Positions 15,389 to 24,640 of a DNA stretch of 64,000 nucleotides are shown in pieces. The notes under the pieces are model-generated. The model made no database searches, was not told where the DNA came from, and saw only the letters and a program-made list of their open reading frames with translations. The first letter of the stretch is position 1. Every line of letters starts with the position of its first letter. The position numbers were made by a program, and so were the translations under genes. The DNA comes from an uncultured Clostridia bacterium (GTDB lineage Bacteria > Bacillota > Clostridia > Christensenellales > Borkfalkiaceae), in contig CAJFFD010000006.1 in assembly GCA_904373255.1 (NCBI GenBank), forward strand, positions 10,073-74,072, given 5' to 3'.

Positions 15389-17782
15389 ATGACGGACCTG
15401 ACTTACGAAGCGCTTCAAAAGATTATCAGGAGCCATAAAGAACCGGACAAGCAGTTCTATCTTGATCTGCTGGATACGGAAGTGCAGCGTGCGGCGGAAG
15501 AACAGCACGTCCGCGCGGTAATGATCCTTCTGAAAGTTTGCTACATCAACAAGCTGAAGGAAAAAATCGCTTCCGCGCAGAAAGAGGCGGAAGGGTTGCG
15601 CGGCGAAGATTTTTCGGCGGAAAATTACCGTGCCATCATAGGTTTGAACGCACAAATCAAACAATGGCACGCGGAGATCGAGGGATACAAGGGGTTCTTT
15701 ACGGAACCGTACTTCGCCCGTATGGATCTCGTGGACGACAAAGAGGGGTATAACAGCTACTATATCGGAAAAAAGGGCGATCTGAACCTGGAGATCGTCG
15801 ATTGGCGTGCGCCTCTTGCACGGAAATATTACCAGAAGAGCCAGATTCTGTTTGCGATAAACGAATATAATTATAAGCTGATTTTGCGCCGCGCCCTTCG
15901 TACCGGCAACGGGAAACTGCTCGACTTCAAAAACGAATATCTGAATTTAAAAGATTACCTCACAAAGGAGGAGATTGCGGGGCGAGACGAGGAGATCATC
16001 TTTGACCCGTATCTCAAGGAGATATTAAAGAGCCGCAAAGAGCAGTCGGAAATCTCCGATATCATCGAAACCATTCAGGAAAAGCAGTACGAGATCATCA
16101 CCAGACCCGAGCGCGACTCCTTTATCCTGCAAGGGTGCGCGGGAAGCGGCAAAACGATGATCATGCTGCACCGTTTGAGTTTTCTCATGTACAACAACGA
16201 AAAGCTCGGCCCGCGCGACGTGCTTGTAATCACCCCGAGCGATTCCTTCAACGCCTTCATCGACGAGCTTTCGCAGGTGCTGGAGTTGGAAAAAGTCAAA
16301 ACGACGACCATCGACGATTATTTTTTGCAGCTTCTGCGCAATGCAGAGGTAGATATATCGGACAGGATCGACCCTTCTGCTAAACCGCCGCGGCAGTACT
16401 GCGAATATATTTATTCGCCGAAATTTTACAAGGACGTACAGACGCGTCTGGCAAAAATTTACGACGGAATCGTCGGTATGTTCGTCAGCCCCGAGTGCGG
16501 GCAGTTTATCGAAACGGCGGCGGAAGACTGCCGTGCGCAGGCGGAGGAATTTGCGAAACTCAAGAACGCGAGCGTTCGTGTGCGCCGCGCCGTTTTAGGC
16601 GAAATCAAGGAAAAGCCCGAGGGCGGGCTTTTCTATACAAAGCCGTTCCGCGAGCTGATGAACGAAGTCACTGCTGTCGGAGAATTTTTCGAAAGCGACC
16701 TGAAAAGCGACAAAATCAAAGTGTACAGTGTATTTTACGGGCGGATTTTAAGTTTTTACCGTGCTGCTTCCTACATTTACCGCATGCACGGCCGTGTTGT
16801 TTCTGCCGCATTGGAAGATCTGGCGCGCCTAAAGGAGACGGTCGCAAAGGAGATCACGGATCTCCGGCGCTATAAAATCTATCGGGGCGGCGAGGAGGTC
16901 GAAACGTATGCCGACCGCATTTCCCGCCGCGGCGAACTGCTTCGGGAAATCGATAAAATAGCGGATTCGGTGAAAAAGATCGGCGAAAAATTCGGCGCTT
17001 TCTGCGAGTTGTTCGAAACGCTGCGCGGCAACGATTATTTTGTGCGGATCGGCAAGTGCGGCACGCATATCGAGCTGGCACGGCTGTTCTATAAGGAGAT
17101 CGTGCGCAAAATCAAGAATAAACTCGGTATCGGTAAAGGACTGTTCCGCTGCGACGCCTATGTGCTTTGCACGCTCATGGCTTTGTTGGGCGAAAGGCTC
17201 GGCCCGCGTTACGGTCTCGTGTTCATCGACGAGGGGCAGGATATCTCCGTCAACGAATACGAACTTCTGAAAACGATCAATGTGGACGCGTCGTTCAATA
17301 TTTACGGCGACCTGGAACAAAACATTACCCCGTTCCGCGGCGTCGACGCTTGGGAAAAGGTGGGCGATTTCCCCGTCTGCCATCTCAACCAAAATTACCG
17401 CAACACAAATCAGATCGTGGATTATGTGGCGGAACATCTCGGCATCGATATGCGCCCGATCGGGTTCGACGGGCCTGCGGTCGAGCATATATCCCCGCGC
17501 GGCATCAGCGGCTTTTTCCGCGAAAAAAAGGGGTTGAAGGCGATCATCGTTTCCGAACGATCGTTCGAACGATACCGCCGCAAAAATTACAATATCCTCG
17601 GCGCAACGGGCCGCATATCCAAAACAAAGATCAATCTGATGACGGTGTACGAATCGAAGGGACTGGAGTTCACGAGCGTGGCGGTTGCGGATGCGGATAT
17701 GGCGCCGCACGAAAAATACATCGCCTACACGCGCGCGCTCAAGGAACTCGCGATCGTAGAGGAGCACGGAAATGCGGAATAA
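15389..17782 (+). CDS. HelD-like superfamily 1 ATPase (RNA polymerase recycling factor family)
   Basis: PYFARMD, IVDWRAP, IIETIQEKQYEII, QGCAGSGKT, IDEGQD, NYRNT, SKGLEF, YIAYTRA. Confidence 0.8.
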   Translation: MTDLTYEALQKIIRSHKEPDKQFYLDLLDTEVQRAAEEQHVRAVMILLKVCYINKLKEKIASAQKEAEGLRGEDFSAENYRAIIGLNAQIKQWHAEIEGYKGFFTEPYFARMDLVDDKEGYNSYYIGKKGDLNLEIVDWRAPLARKYYQKSQILFAINEYNYKLILRRALRTGNGKLLDFKNEYLNLKDYLTKEEIAGRDEEIIFDPYLKEILKSRKEQSEISDIIETIQEKQYEIITRPERDSFILQGCAGSGKTMIMLHRLSFLMYNNEKLGPRDVLVITPSDSFNAFIDELSQVLELEKVKTTTIDDYFLQLLRNAEVDISDRIDPSAKPPRQYCEYIYSPKFYKDVQTRLAKIYDGIVGMFVSPECGQFIETAAEDCRAQAEEFAKLKNASVRVRRAVLGEIKEKPEGGLFYTKPFRELMNEVTAVGEFFESDLKSDKIKVYSVFYGRILSFYRAASYIYRMHGRVVSAALEDLARLKETVAKEITDLRRYKIYRGGEEVETYADRISRRGELLREIDKIADSVKKIGEKFGAFCELFETLRGNDYFVRIGKCGTHIELARLFYKEIVRKIKNKLGIGKGLFRCDAYVLCTLMALLGERLGPRYGLVFIDEGQDISVNEYELLKTINVDASFNIYGDLEQNITPFRGVDAWEKVGDFPVCHLNQNYRNTNQIVDYVAEHLGIDMRPIGFDGPAVEHISPRGISGFFREKKGLKAIIVSERSFERYRRKNYNILGATGRISKTKINLMTVYESKGLEFTSVAVADADMAPHEKYIAYTRALKELAIVEEHGNAE

Positions 17783-18470
17783 TTATCTTTTGGATGCGGA
17801 CGAGACGATTTTGGATTTCGTCCGCTCTTCGCGTGAGAGCCTGTTTTACGCGATGCGCGCACTGGAACTTCCCTGCAGCGAGGAAACGTTCGCGCTGTAC
17901 AAGGCTGTCAACGACGGCGTGTGGAAGGAATACGAACAGGGGAAAATCACGAAAAAGCAGCTGATGAAGGTGCGCTTCGTGCGCTTTCTGGAACGGCTCG
18001 GTCTGCATGCGGATGCGGAAAAGCTGAATGACGTCTATTTCGAAAAGCTGTCGCATACGGGATATCTGCTGGAGGGCGCGGCGGAGTTTTTGCCCGCGCT
18101 GAAAAGGCGCGGCAGGATATTCCTCATCACCAACGGCACGCCCGCGGCGCAGTACGGGCGGCTGGAATCGCTCGGTTTGCGGGATTTTTTCGACGGGATT
18201 TTTGTTTCCGACGAAATCGGGTATGCCAAGCCTGACCGCCGTTTTTTCGAATATGTTCTGAAAAATGCGGCGATCGGCAGGGCGGACTGCGTCGTAATTG
18301 GCGATTCGCTGTCCTCCGACATAGCGGGCGCGGCAAACGCGGGGATTGTTTCCGTGTGGTATAATCCGTCCGGGAAGCCTGCGGCAGGGGCAAAGCCGGA
18401 CTATACGGCAAAAAGCTATGCGGACATTCTTGCGGAAGCCGACCGTCTGGCTCGCCGCGGCTCCGTATAG
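17772..18470 (+). CDS. HAD-family hydrolase, YjjG-like nucleotidase
   Basis: LLDADETILDF, ITNG, AKPD, IGDSLSSDIAGA. Confidence 0.88.
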   Translation: MRNNYLLDADETILDFVRSSRESLFYAMRALELPCSEETFALYKAVNDGVWKEYEQGKITKKQLMKVRFVRFLERLGLHADAEKLNDVYFEKLSHTGYLLEGAAEFLPALKRRGRIFLITNGTPAAQYGRLESLGLRDFFDGIFVSDEIGYAKPDRRFFEYVLKNAAIGRADCVVIGDSLSSDIAGAANAGIVSVWYNPSGKPAAGAKPDYTAKSYADILAEADRLARRGSV

Positions 18471-18627
18471 GGCGTGCCGCATATGGGAATAAACGCATGC
18501 GGCGGTATTTCGGTTTTTGCCCGCAGTGAATCGGCGCAACGCTTGCGGATACAGGAAAAAAGTGGTATAATTGAAAGGGTAAGGATACTGAACAGCCGTA
18601 CGGTTCGGAATATGCAGGGAGGAGAGA

Positions 18628-21600
18628 ATGGCAGGAAAGAAATCGGTTAAATCAACATTGAAGGAAAGCCTCGCGTTGCAGGTAAAAGCTCAGCAGTTTT
18701 ACGGTTATGCCGACCGCTTTAACCGCGTTCCGCTCTTTATTTCGCTGCTGCTTTCCAATGCGGGTGCAGAATCGGCGGAAAACATCGATGTCGTCATCGA
18801 AAACGGAAACGGGTTTTTAGTCCCGTTTTCCCGCCATTTCGAGGAGATTCCGTATGAAAGTTCGGTCGAAATCGAGGCTGCGGATATCGCTTCGCCCCTG
18901 TATCTGACGGAACTTTCCGATATTCGCGAGGAAACGGTGCTCATCCGCGTTCTGCACGGGAAAGACGTTGTTGCCGAAACTTCTGTCCGCGTCGTAGTAT
19001 TGCCTTTCGATTTTTGGAGCGGCAGGAGCGGAAACGCGGAACTGCTCACCTCCTTTGTCCGCCCGAAGGTGGCGGACTGCCTGCGCGTACTCGACGACGC
19101 CCGCGCGCAGCTGAAAAAATGGAACACCGATACTGAATGGCGGGGCTATCAGGAGGGGGACAAAAATAAGATACGTCTTCTCGCCGCGGCGATCTATGCG
19201 GCTGTCAAGCGCCAGGCGGTGGAAAAGTCTGCCGCGGAATACAGTTACGATGCGCCCGTACCCGTCGGCGACATCACCAAGATCCTCAAAAACAAGGTCG
19301 GCACCTCCTTCGAACTCGTTTTGTTCCTCGCCTCCTGCTTCGAGTGCGCGGGGCTGCACCCCGTCGTGGCGATGGGCGAAAAGAGCGTTTCCTGCGGCGT
19401 CTGGCTGTACGATAACTGTTTTGCGGACAGCGTGAGCGACGATACCGTATTGCTCGGGAATTACATTGCCGACGGCATCAACAACGTCAGTATGTTCGAT
19501 GCGGAGGATGTATTCGCGGGCAGGAACGTGAACTATACGGCGGCGGAAAAGCATTTCGCGCAAAAACTTTCGGGCGGCTGGTTTGATACGGTCATCGACG
19601 TCAGGCGCTGCCGCCTCGCCCGTATCCGCCCGCTCCCTCTGAAAGTGAAGGGGATCAAAGGTTACGAGCTTTTGGGCGAAGAGGATACCGACATCGACGC
19701 CGCGCCGGAAATTATTTCGGGCGCCCGCAAACTCAGCCTTGACGGCAAAGTAACGAAAAACAAGCAGTGGGAGCGCCGTCTGCTCGATTTGTCCCTCAAA
19801 AACGCGCTCCTGAATTTCCGCCCCGACAAGTATGCCCTGCATATCCTGTCGTCGGACGTCAACAGCACGTTTGAAAGCCTTTCCTCAGGCGAGGAATTTT
19901 CCGTTTTGGAAAAGACGGCGGACGTGCGCGGAGTGTTGCCGGTAAACGAATATTTCGGAGTGTCGGCAAATCTCTCCGTACTCAACGAACTGTTGGACGT
20001 AGAGTTGAAAAACAGACGCCTTCGTACCTATTCGGAAGCGAAGGACATCGACGACATTCTCCGGTATCTCATCAAGAAAGGGAAGACGGCGGAGGAGGAA
20101 GCGGGCGCCAACGTTCTGTATCTGGCGTTCGGGTTCCTCAAATGGTACGAACCGAATTCGAACGAGGCGAAATATGCGCCTCTCGTACTCTGCCCGGTAA
20201 AAATAACAAGGAGCAAGGGCGGAAAAGGATTTTCCGTTTCCTTTACCGAGGACGAAAAGCAGATCAACAACACCCTCCTCGAATTCTTGCTGCGCGAATT
20301 TAAAATCGACATCCGCGGGTTGGATAATATCACTTCGGGCATCCGCATCTCCGAAATTCTGGCTATGGTCAAGATGGAGATCCTCAACATGAAGCGCTGG
20401 GAGGTGCTGGACGAGGTCTACCTCGCAAGTTTTTCCTTTGCGCGCTTTGCAATGTGGAACGACGTGCGGAAAAATATCGATAAATTCCGCAAAAACCCGC
20501 TTATCCGTTCTCTGCTCGATAACCGCCTGGAAATTCCGAACCATGTTTTTGAAAACAAGTCGGAAGACGATTACAGTCCCGCCGAAATCCTTTGCCCTCT
20601 GACGGCGGACAGTTCGCAGTTCGCGGCGATCGCGGAAGCGGTCGGCGGCGCGAGCTTTGTCCTGCACGGGCCTCCCGGAACGGGCAAGAGCCAGACGATT
20701 ACCAACATCATTGCAAACTGCCTGAACAACGGCAAGCGCGTTTTGTTCGTCGCCGAAAAACAGGCGGCTTTGTCCGTCGTCAAAAAGAGGCTCGATTCGA
20801 TCGGGCTTGGCGACTTCTGCCTCGAGCTGCACTCGGCGAAGCTGGATAAAGCGCAGCTCCTTAAAAAGATGGAAACGACGCTGTCGCTCACCTCGGAGCA
20901 GGAAGGGCAGGATTTCGCTTCGAAGGCAGAGCAGATCGAGGAAGTGCGGGCGGCTCTGAACGAACCTGTCCGCGCCCTGCATAAGAAGCGCCGTCTGGGT
21001 GTTTCCGTTTACGAGGGGATTCTCGTCTATGAAAAGAACAAAAATGCGCCCGATGTCCTGGATATCGAAAGCACCTTTTACGACAGCCTGACCAAGGAAA
21101 AACTCGAATCATACGAAAATATGCTCATCGAGGTGTCGGCGGCGGCGAAGCAGTGCGGCGGCGCTTACCGTTCCCCCTTCGACAATGTCAACCTCCGCGA
21201 ATACGACAACAATGTCCGCAACCGCGTGTACTATGCGGCAGAGGTTTTGCTTGCGGAAATCAAGCACCTGAAGAGTTATCTCGCCCTGTTCCTCGATTTC
21301 TACCGCCAGCGCATCAGTTCCTTTACACAGAAAAAACTGCGGACTCTCGTACAACTTGTGGAAATGCTTCGCAGCGGCGAGCTGGATAAATATTTTTCCT
21401 GCGACGAGAACGAGTTTTATGTATTTTTTAACGCCAACCGCCGCCTGGACAGGCTTCTCGGCAACTATTTCAAGAACTTCAAGAGTCTTGTCGATCTGGA
21501 CGCCGATCCTGTCGTTGTCGAGCAGGAACTGGAAAACTGGGGCGACAATTACCGCAGTTCGAAAACGCTTTCGGCTGTGGCAAAGCGGCTGCGCCGGAGC

Positions 21601-24303
21601 GCGGTGGGCGAACTTACGCCTTCCGACGAGGTCAAATACATCGGCATCGTCGCCCAGATATACGAAGATTTGCAGCTGGTGCGCCGCAACACTCCGCTTT
21701 CGTCAAACTTTTTCGATCGCGGCGGGCGCATCAACTTCCGCAAGCGTGAGGAGTTCATGGAACCTCTCCGCCAGATGCACGCGCTAGCGGAGGGCGTGTT
21801 CATGGACTATAATGCAGACAGCTTCAACAGCGTCTGCGTACAGGCGGAGGGCGGCGGTTATGCCGACCCGATCCTCGACGGTCTGAAACAGGCGGTCGCG
21901 GGGTTCGAAAACAGCCGCGAAAGTTTCTGCGAGGTCATTGCCGCCGATCCGGAAAAATATTCGGACGAAGATTTGCTCGACTATTTCAATACCAAAGCCG
22001 GGGCATTGATCGACAACATCGATATGCTTTCCGCGTGGTGCCTGTATAAAGAAATTTCCGGTAAATTGGACGAGGAGGGACTCACCTTCGTCACCGATTC
22101 TCTCGAATCGGGCGCGGTTACCTCGGACAATATTCTCGACAGTTTTCGTAAAAACGTCTATCGCAATTTTATTGAAACGAATATTTCCGCCGATCCCGTG
22201 CTCTCGACTTTCTCCGCCTCCGTCTTGGAGGAGAAGATCGAGCTGTTCCGCACGTTGGACGAGCAATTTACCAAGATCAGCCGCGAACATATCCGCAACA
22301 AGCTGATCGCCAATCTTCCGACAACTTCCACCGAAGGGAGTTTGAGCCTTGAGGTTTTGGCGTTCCAGCGCATCCTGAAGGGAAATATGCGGGGCATGAC
22401 GCCGAAGGAGTTCTTTGCGCAGATTCCCGAACTTTTTGCGCGGCTTGCGCCCTGCGTGCTGATGAGTCCGATCACGGTGGCTCAATACCTTTCGCCCGAG
22501 CCGGATCTTTTTGACCTGGTCGTATTCGACGAAGCGTCTCAACTTCCCACCAGCGAGGCGATCGGCGCCCTGGCGCGCGCCAGGAGCGCGGTCATCGTCG
22601 GCGACCCGAAGCAGCTGCCGCCGACCTCCTTCTTCACCTCCGGCTATGTGGACGAGGAGAACCTCGACGCGGAGGATTTGGAGAGCATTCTCGACGACTG
22701 CCTCGCTTTGAGCATCCCCGAAAAGCACCTGAATTGGCATTACCGCAGCAAGCATGAGAGTCTCATCGCCTTCTCGAATATCATGTACTACGGCAACAAG
22801 CTGTGTACCTTCCCTTCGCCCGACGCGTTGGAGAGTAAGGTGCGGCTCGCCTTGGTGGAGGACGGCGTGTACGACCGCGGCTTTACCAAGCGGAACAAGG
22901 GAGAAGCGGAAGCGCTCATTGCAGAAGTCGTCCGCCGCCTGAAGGATCCCGTCCTGTCCCGCTCGAGTATCGGCATCGTCACGTTCAGCACGGCGCAGCA
23001 GGACTATATCGAGCGGCGCCTGTCCGACGCGTTGGTGCGAAATAAGCTGGAGGATGTCGCGTACGAGCGGGAGGAGCCGCTCTTCATCAAAAACCTCGAA
23101 AACGTGCAGGGCGACGAGCGCGACGTGATTCTGTTTTCCGTCTGCTACGGCCCCGACCGCACGGGTAAAGTTTCGCTGAACTTCGGCCCGCTCAACCAGG
23201 TGGGCGGCTGGCGCCGCCTCAACGTCGCCGTTTCCCGCGCCCGCGAGGAGATGATCGTATTTTCCTCCATGACGTCGGCGATGATCAACCTTGCAAAAAC
23301 GAACAGCAAGGGCGTAGCGGGTCTGAAAGCATTCCTCGAGTTTGCGGAGAAGGGCAAAACGACGCTTGCGATCAGTTCTGCCGAGCTGAAGGCGCCGCGG
23401 AGCGGCATAGGCAAGTACATTGCAAAGGAGCTCAAAACGTACGGATATGAATGCCGCTACGACCTCGGCGTCTCCGATTTCAAGATCGACTGTGCCGTCA
23501 TCGATCCGAAAAACAAAAAACGCTTTATCCTCGCCATTATGTGCGACGGCGTGACCGCCAGCAATTCGAGCGCGAAGGATCGCAATATTTTGCAGATTCA
23601 GACGCTCAAACTCAACAACTGGAACGTCGCGCGTGTCTTTACCATCAACTTCATCAATAATCCGAAGCGCGAGATCAAAAAGATCAAGGATATGCTCGAC
23701 CGCCTCACGGGTGCGGATAAGGCGGGGCGCGACCATCTAACAAAATACAAAAAGGCATACCGATACGCGAAGCTGGAGCAGCAGCAGAACGTTTCGCAGT
23801 ATGTCACCGGCGGTGAAAACGACGCCGAGATCGTCTCTCGCCTGAAAGCCATCGCCGCGGCGGAAGAGCCTTTGAGCGAACGCTTTTTGATGAAGCGCTG
23901 CCTCTCTTCGCTCGGAATTCAGAAATTCGGAACGAAAGTGGAGGAGCGGATGGGCAATCTTATCAATCTCTGCGGGCTGAAGCGCGAACAGCTTTGCGGG
24001 AGGGACTATCTGCGCAAGACAGATAAGTGCCTCGACTGCGACTTTTACCGCGTCGAACCGGGAGATTCCATCCGCAAATCGGAGGAGGACTTCACTCCTT
24101 ACGAAATCATCGCGCTCATCAAGGGTCTGTTGGAAAACAAGGTCAGCCTGTATGCGGACGAACTCGTCGCGGCTGTATGCGCGGAATTGAAAATCGTACG
24201 CCCGAGCGACAAACTGACCGAGTTCATCAACGAATGCGTCGCCTTGGGCGTATCCCGCTCGCTGTTCATCCGTTCGATCGGCGACCGTATCAGTCTGTGT
24301 TGA
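18628..24303 (+). CDS. Large DUF4011 / UPF1-like SF1 helicase with C-terminal Vsr/REase-like and DUF3320-like regions
   Basis: WERRLLDLSLKNALLNF and EEAGANVLYLAFGFLKW (DUF4011); GPPGTGKSQT, DEASQ, GDPKQLPP, HYRS, ENVQGDERD, RLNVAVSRAR. Confidence 0.9.
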   Translation: MAGKKSVKSTLKESLALQVKAQQFYGYADRFNRVPLFISLLLSNAGAESAENIDVVIENGNGFLVPFSRHFEEIPYESSVEIEAADIASPLYLTELSDIREETVLIRVLHGKDVVAETSVRVVVLPFDFWSGRSGNAELLTSFVRPKVADCLRVLDDARAQLKKWNTDTEWRGYQEGDKNKIRLLAAAIYAAVKRQAVEKSAAEYSYDAPVPVGDITKILKNKVGTSFELVLFLASCFECAGLHPVVAMGEKSVSCGVWLYDNCFADSVSDDTVLLGNYIADGINNVSMFDAEDVFAGRNVNYTAAEKHFAQKLSGGWFDTVIDVRRCRLARIRPLPLKVKGIKGYELLGEEDTDIDAAPEIISGARKLSLDGKVTKNKQWERRLLDLSLKNALLNFRPDKYALHILSSDVNSTFESLSSGEEFSVLEKTADVRGVLPVNEYFGVSANLSVLNELLDVELKNRRLRTYSEAKDIDDILRYLIKKGKTAEEEAGANVLYLAFGFLKWYEPNSNEAKYAPLVLCPVKITRSKGGKGFSVSFTEDEKQINNTLLEFLLREFKIDIRGLDNITSGIRISEILAMVKMEILNMKRWEVLDEVYLASFSFARFAMWNDVRKNIDKFRKNPLIRSLLDNRLEIPNHVFENKSEDDYSPAEILCPLTADSSQFAAIAEAVGGASFVLHGPPGTGKSQTITNIIANCLNNGKRVLFVAEKQAALSVVKKRLDSIGLGDFCLELHSAKLDKAQLLKKMETTLSLTSEQEGQDFASKAEQIEEVRAALNEPVRALHKKRRLGVSVYEGILVYEKNKNAPDVLDIESTFYDSLTKEKLESYENMLIEVSAAAKQCGGAYRSPFDNVNLREYDNNVRNRVYYAAEVLLAEIKHLKSYLALFLDFYRQRISSFTQKKLRTLVQLVEMLRSGELDKYFSCDENEFYVFFNANRRLDRLLGNYFKNFKSLVDLDADPVVVEQELENWGDNYRSSKTLSAVAKRLRRSAVGELTPSDEVKYIGIVAQIYEDLQLVRRNTPLSSNFFDRGGRINFRKREEFMEPLRQMHALAEGVFMDYNADSFNSVCVQAEGGGYADPILDGLKQAVAGFENSRESFCEVIAADPEKYSDEDLLDYFNTKAGALIDNIDMLSAWCLYKEISGKLDEEGLTFVTDSLESGAVTSDNILDSFRKNVYRNFIETNISADPVLSTFSASVLEEKIELFRTLDEQFTKISREHIRNKLIANLPTTSTEGSLSLEVLAFQRILKGNMRGMTPKEFFAQIPELFARLAPCVLMSPITVAQYLSPEPDLFDLVVFDEASQLPTSEAIGALARARSAVIVGDPKQLPPTSFFTSGYVDEENLDAEDLESILDDCLALSIPEKHLNWHYRSKHESLIAFSNIMYYGNKLCTFPSPDALESKVRLALVEDGVYDRGFTKRNKGEAEALIAEVVRRLKDPVLSRSSIGIVTFSTAQQDYIERRLSDALVRNKLEDVAYEREEPLFIKNLENVQGDERDVILFSVCYGPDRTGKVSLNFGPLNQVGGWRRLNVAVSRAREEMIVFSSMTSAMINLAKTNSKGVAGLKAFLEFAEKGKTTLAISSAELKAPRSGIGKYIAKELKTYGYECRYDLGVSDFKIDCAVIDPKNKKRFILAIMCDGVTASNSSAKDRNILQIQTLKLNNWNVARVFTINFINNPKREIKKIKDMLDRLTGADKAGRDHLTKYKKAYRYAKLEQQQNVSQYVTGGENDAEIVSRLKAIAAAEEPLSERFLMKRCLSSLGIQKFGTKVEERMGNLINLCGLKREQLCGRDYLRKTDKCLDCDFYRVEPGDSIRKSEEDFTPYEIIALIKGLLENKVSLYADELVAAVCAELKIVRPSDKLTEFINECVALGVSRSLFIRSIGDRISLC

Positions 24304-24304
24304 C

Positions 24305-24640
24305 ATGAAGGCTCTTTTCGGAAAAATCGCGCTGTTCGGTGCTTTATTGCTCGCTGCCGCGGCTGTCTCGCTTCTCCCGTCGCTCGCCCCGCCCAAAGCG
24401 GGCGCGACGCGTGAGACGACGGATGCGGGCTTACCGTATGATGCGTCATACAATGTTTTGATTCGCGGAGACGAGGTCGGCAGCCCCGGCGTCTATCGTG
24501 TTCCGTACGGCTGTACCTACGGGCAGCTTTTCGCGCTTGCTTCCGTCGAGCCGCCCGCGGGGTACGATTTGAGCGCCCCCGTTTCCTTTGCAGACGCCGT
24601 CTTGGTCGGCGGAGAGTATTATATTTATTTCGTGCTGTAA
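24305..24640 (+). CDS. ComEA-like membrane protein with SLBB domain only
   Basis: N-terminal hydrophobic anchor; VLIRGDEVGSPGVYRVP resembles SLBB (V.G.V..PGVY); comEA position before comEC-holA; no HhH motif. Confidence 0.6.
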   Translation: MKALFGKIALFGALLLAAAAVSLLPSLAPPKAGATRETTDAGLPYDASYNVLIRGDEVGSPGVYRVPYGCTYGQLFALASVEPPAGYDLSAPVSFADAVLVGGEYYIYFVL

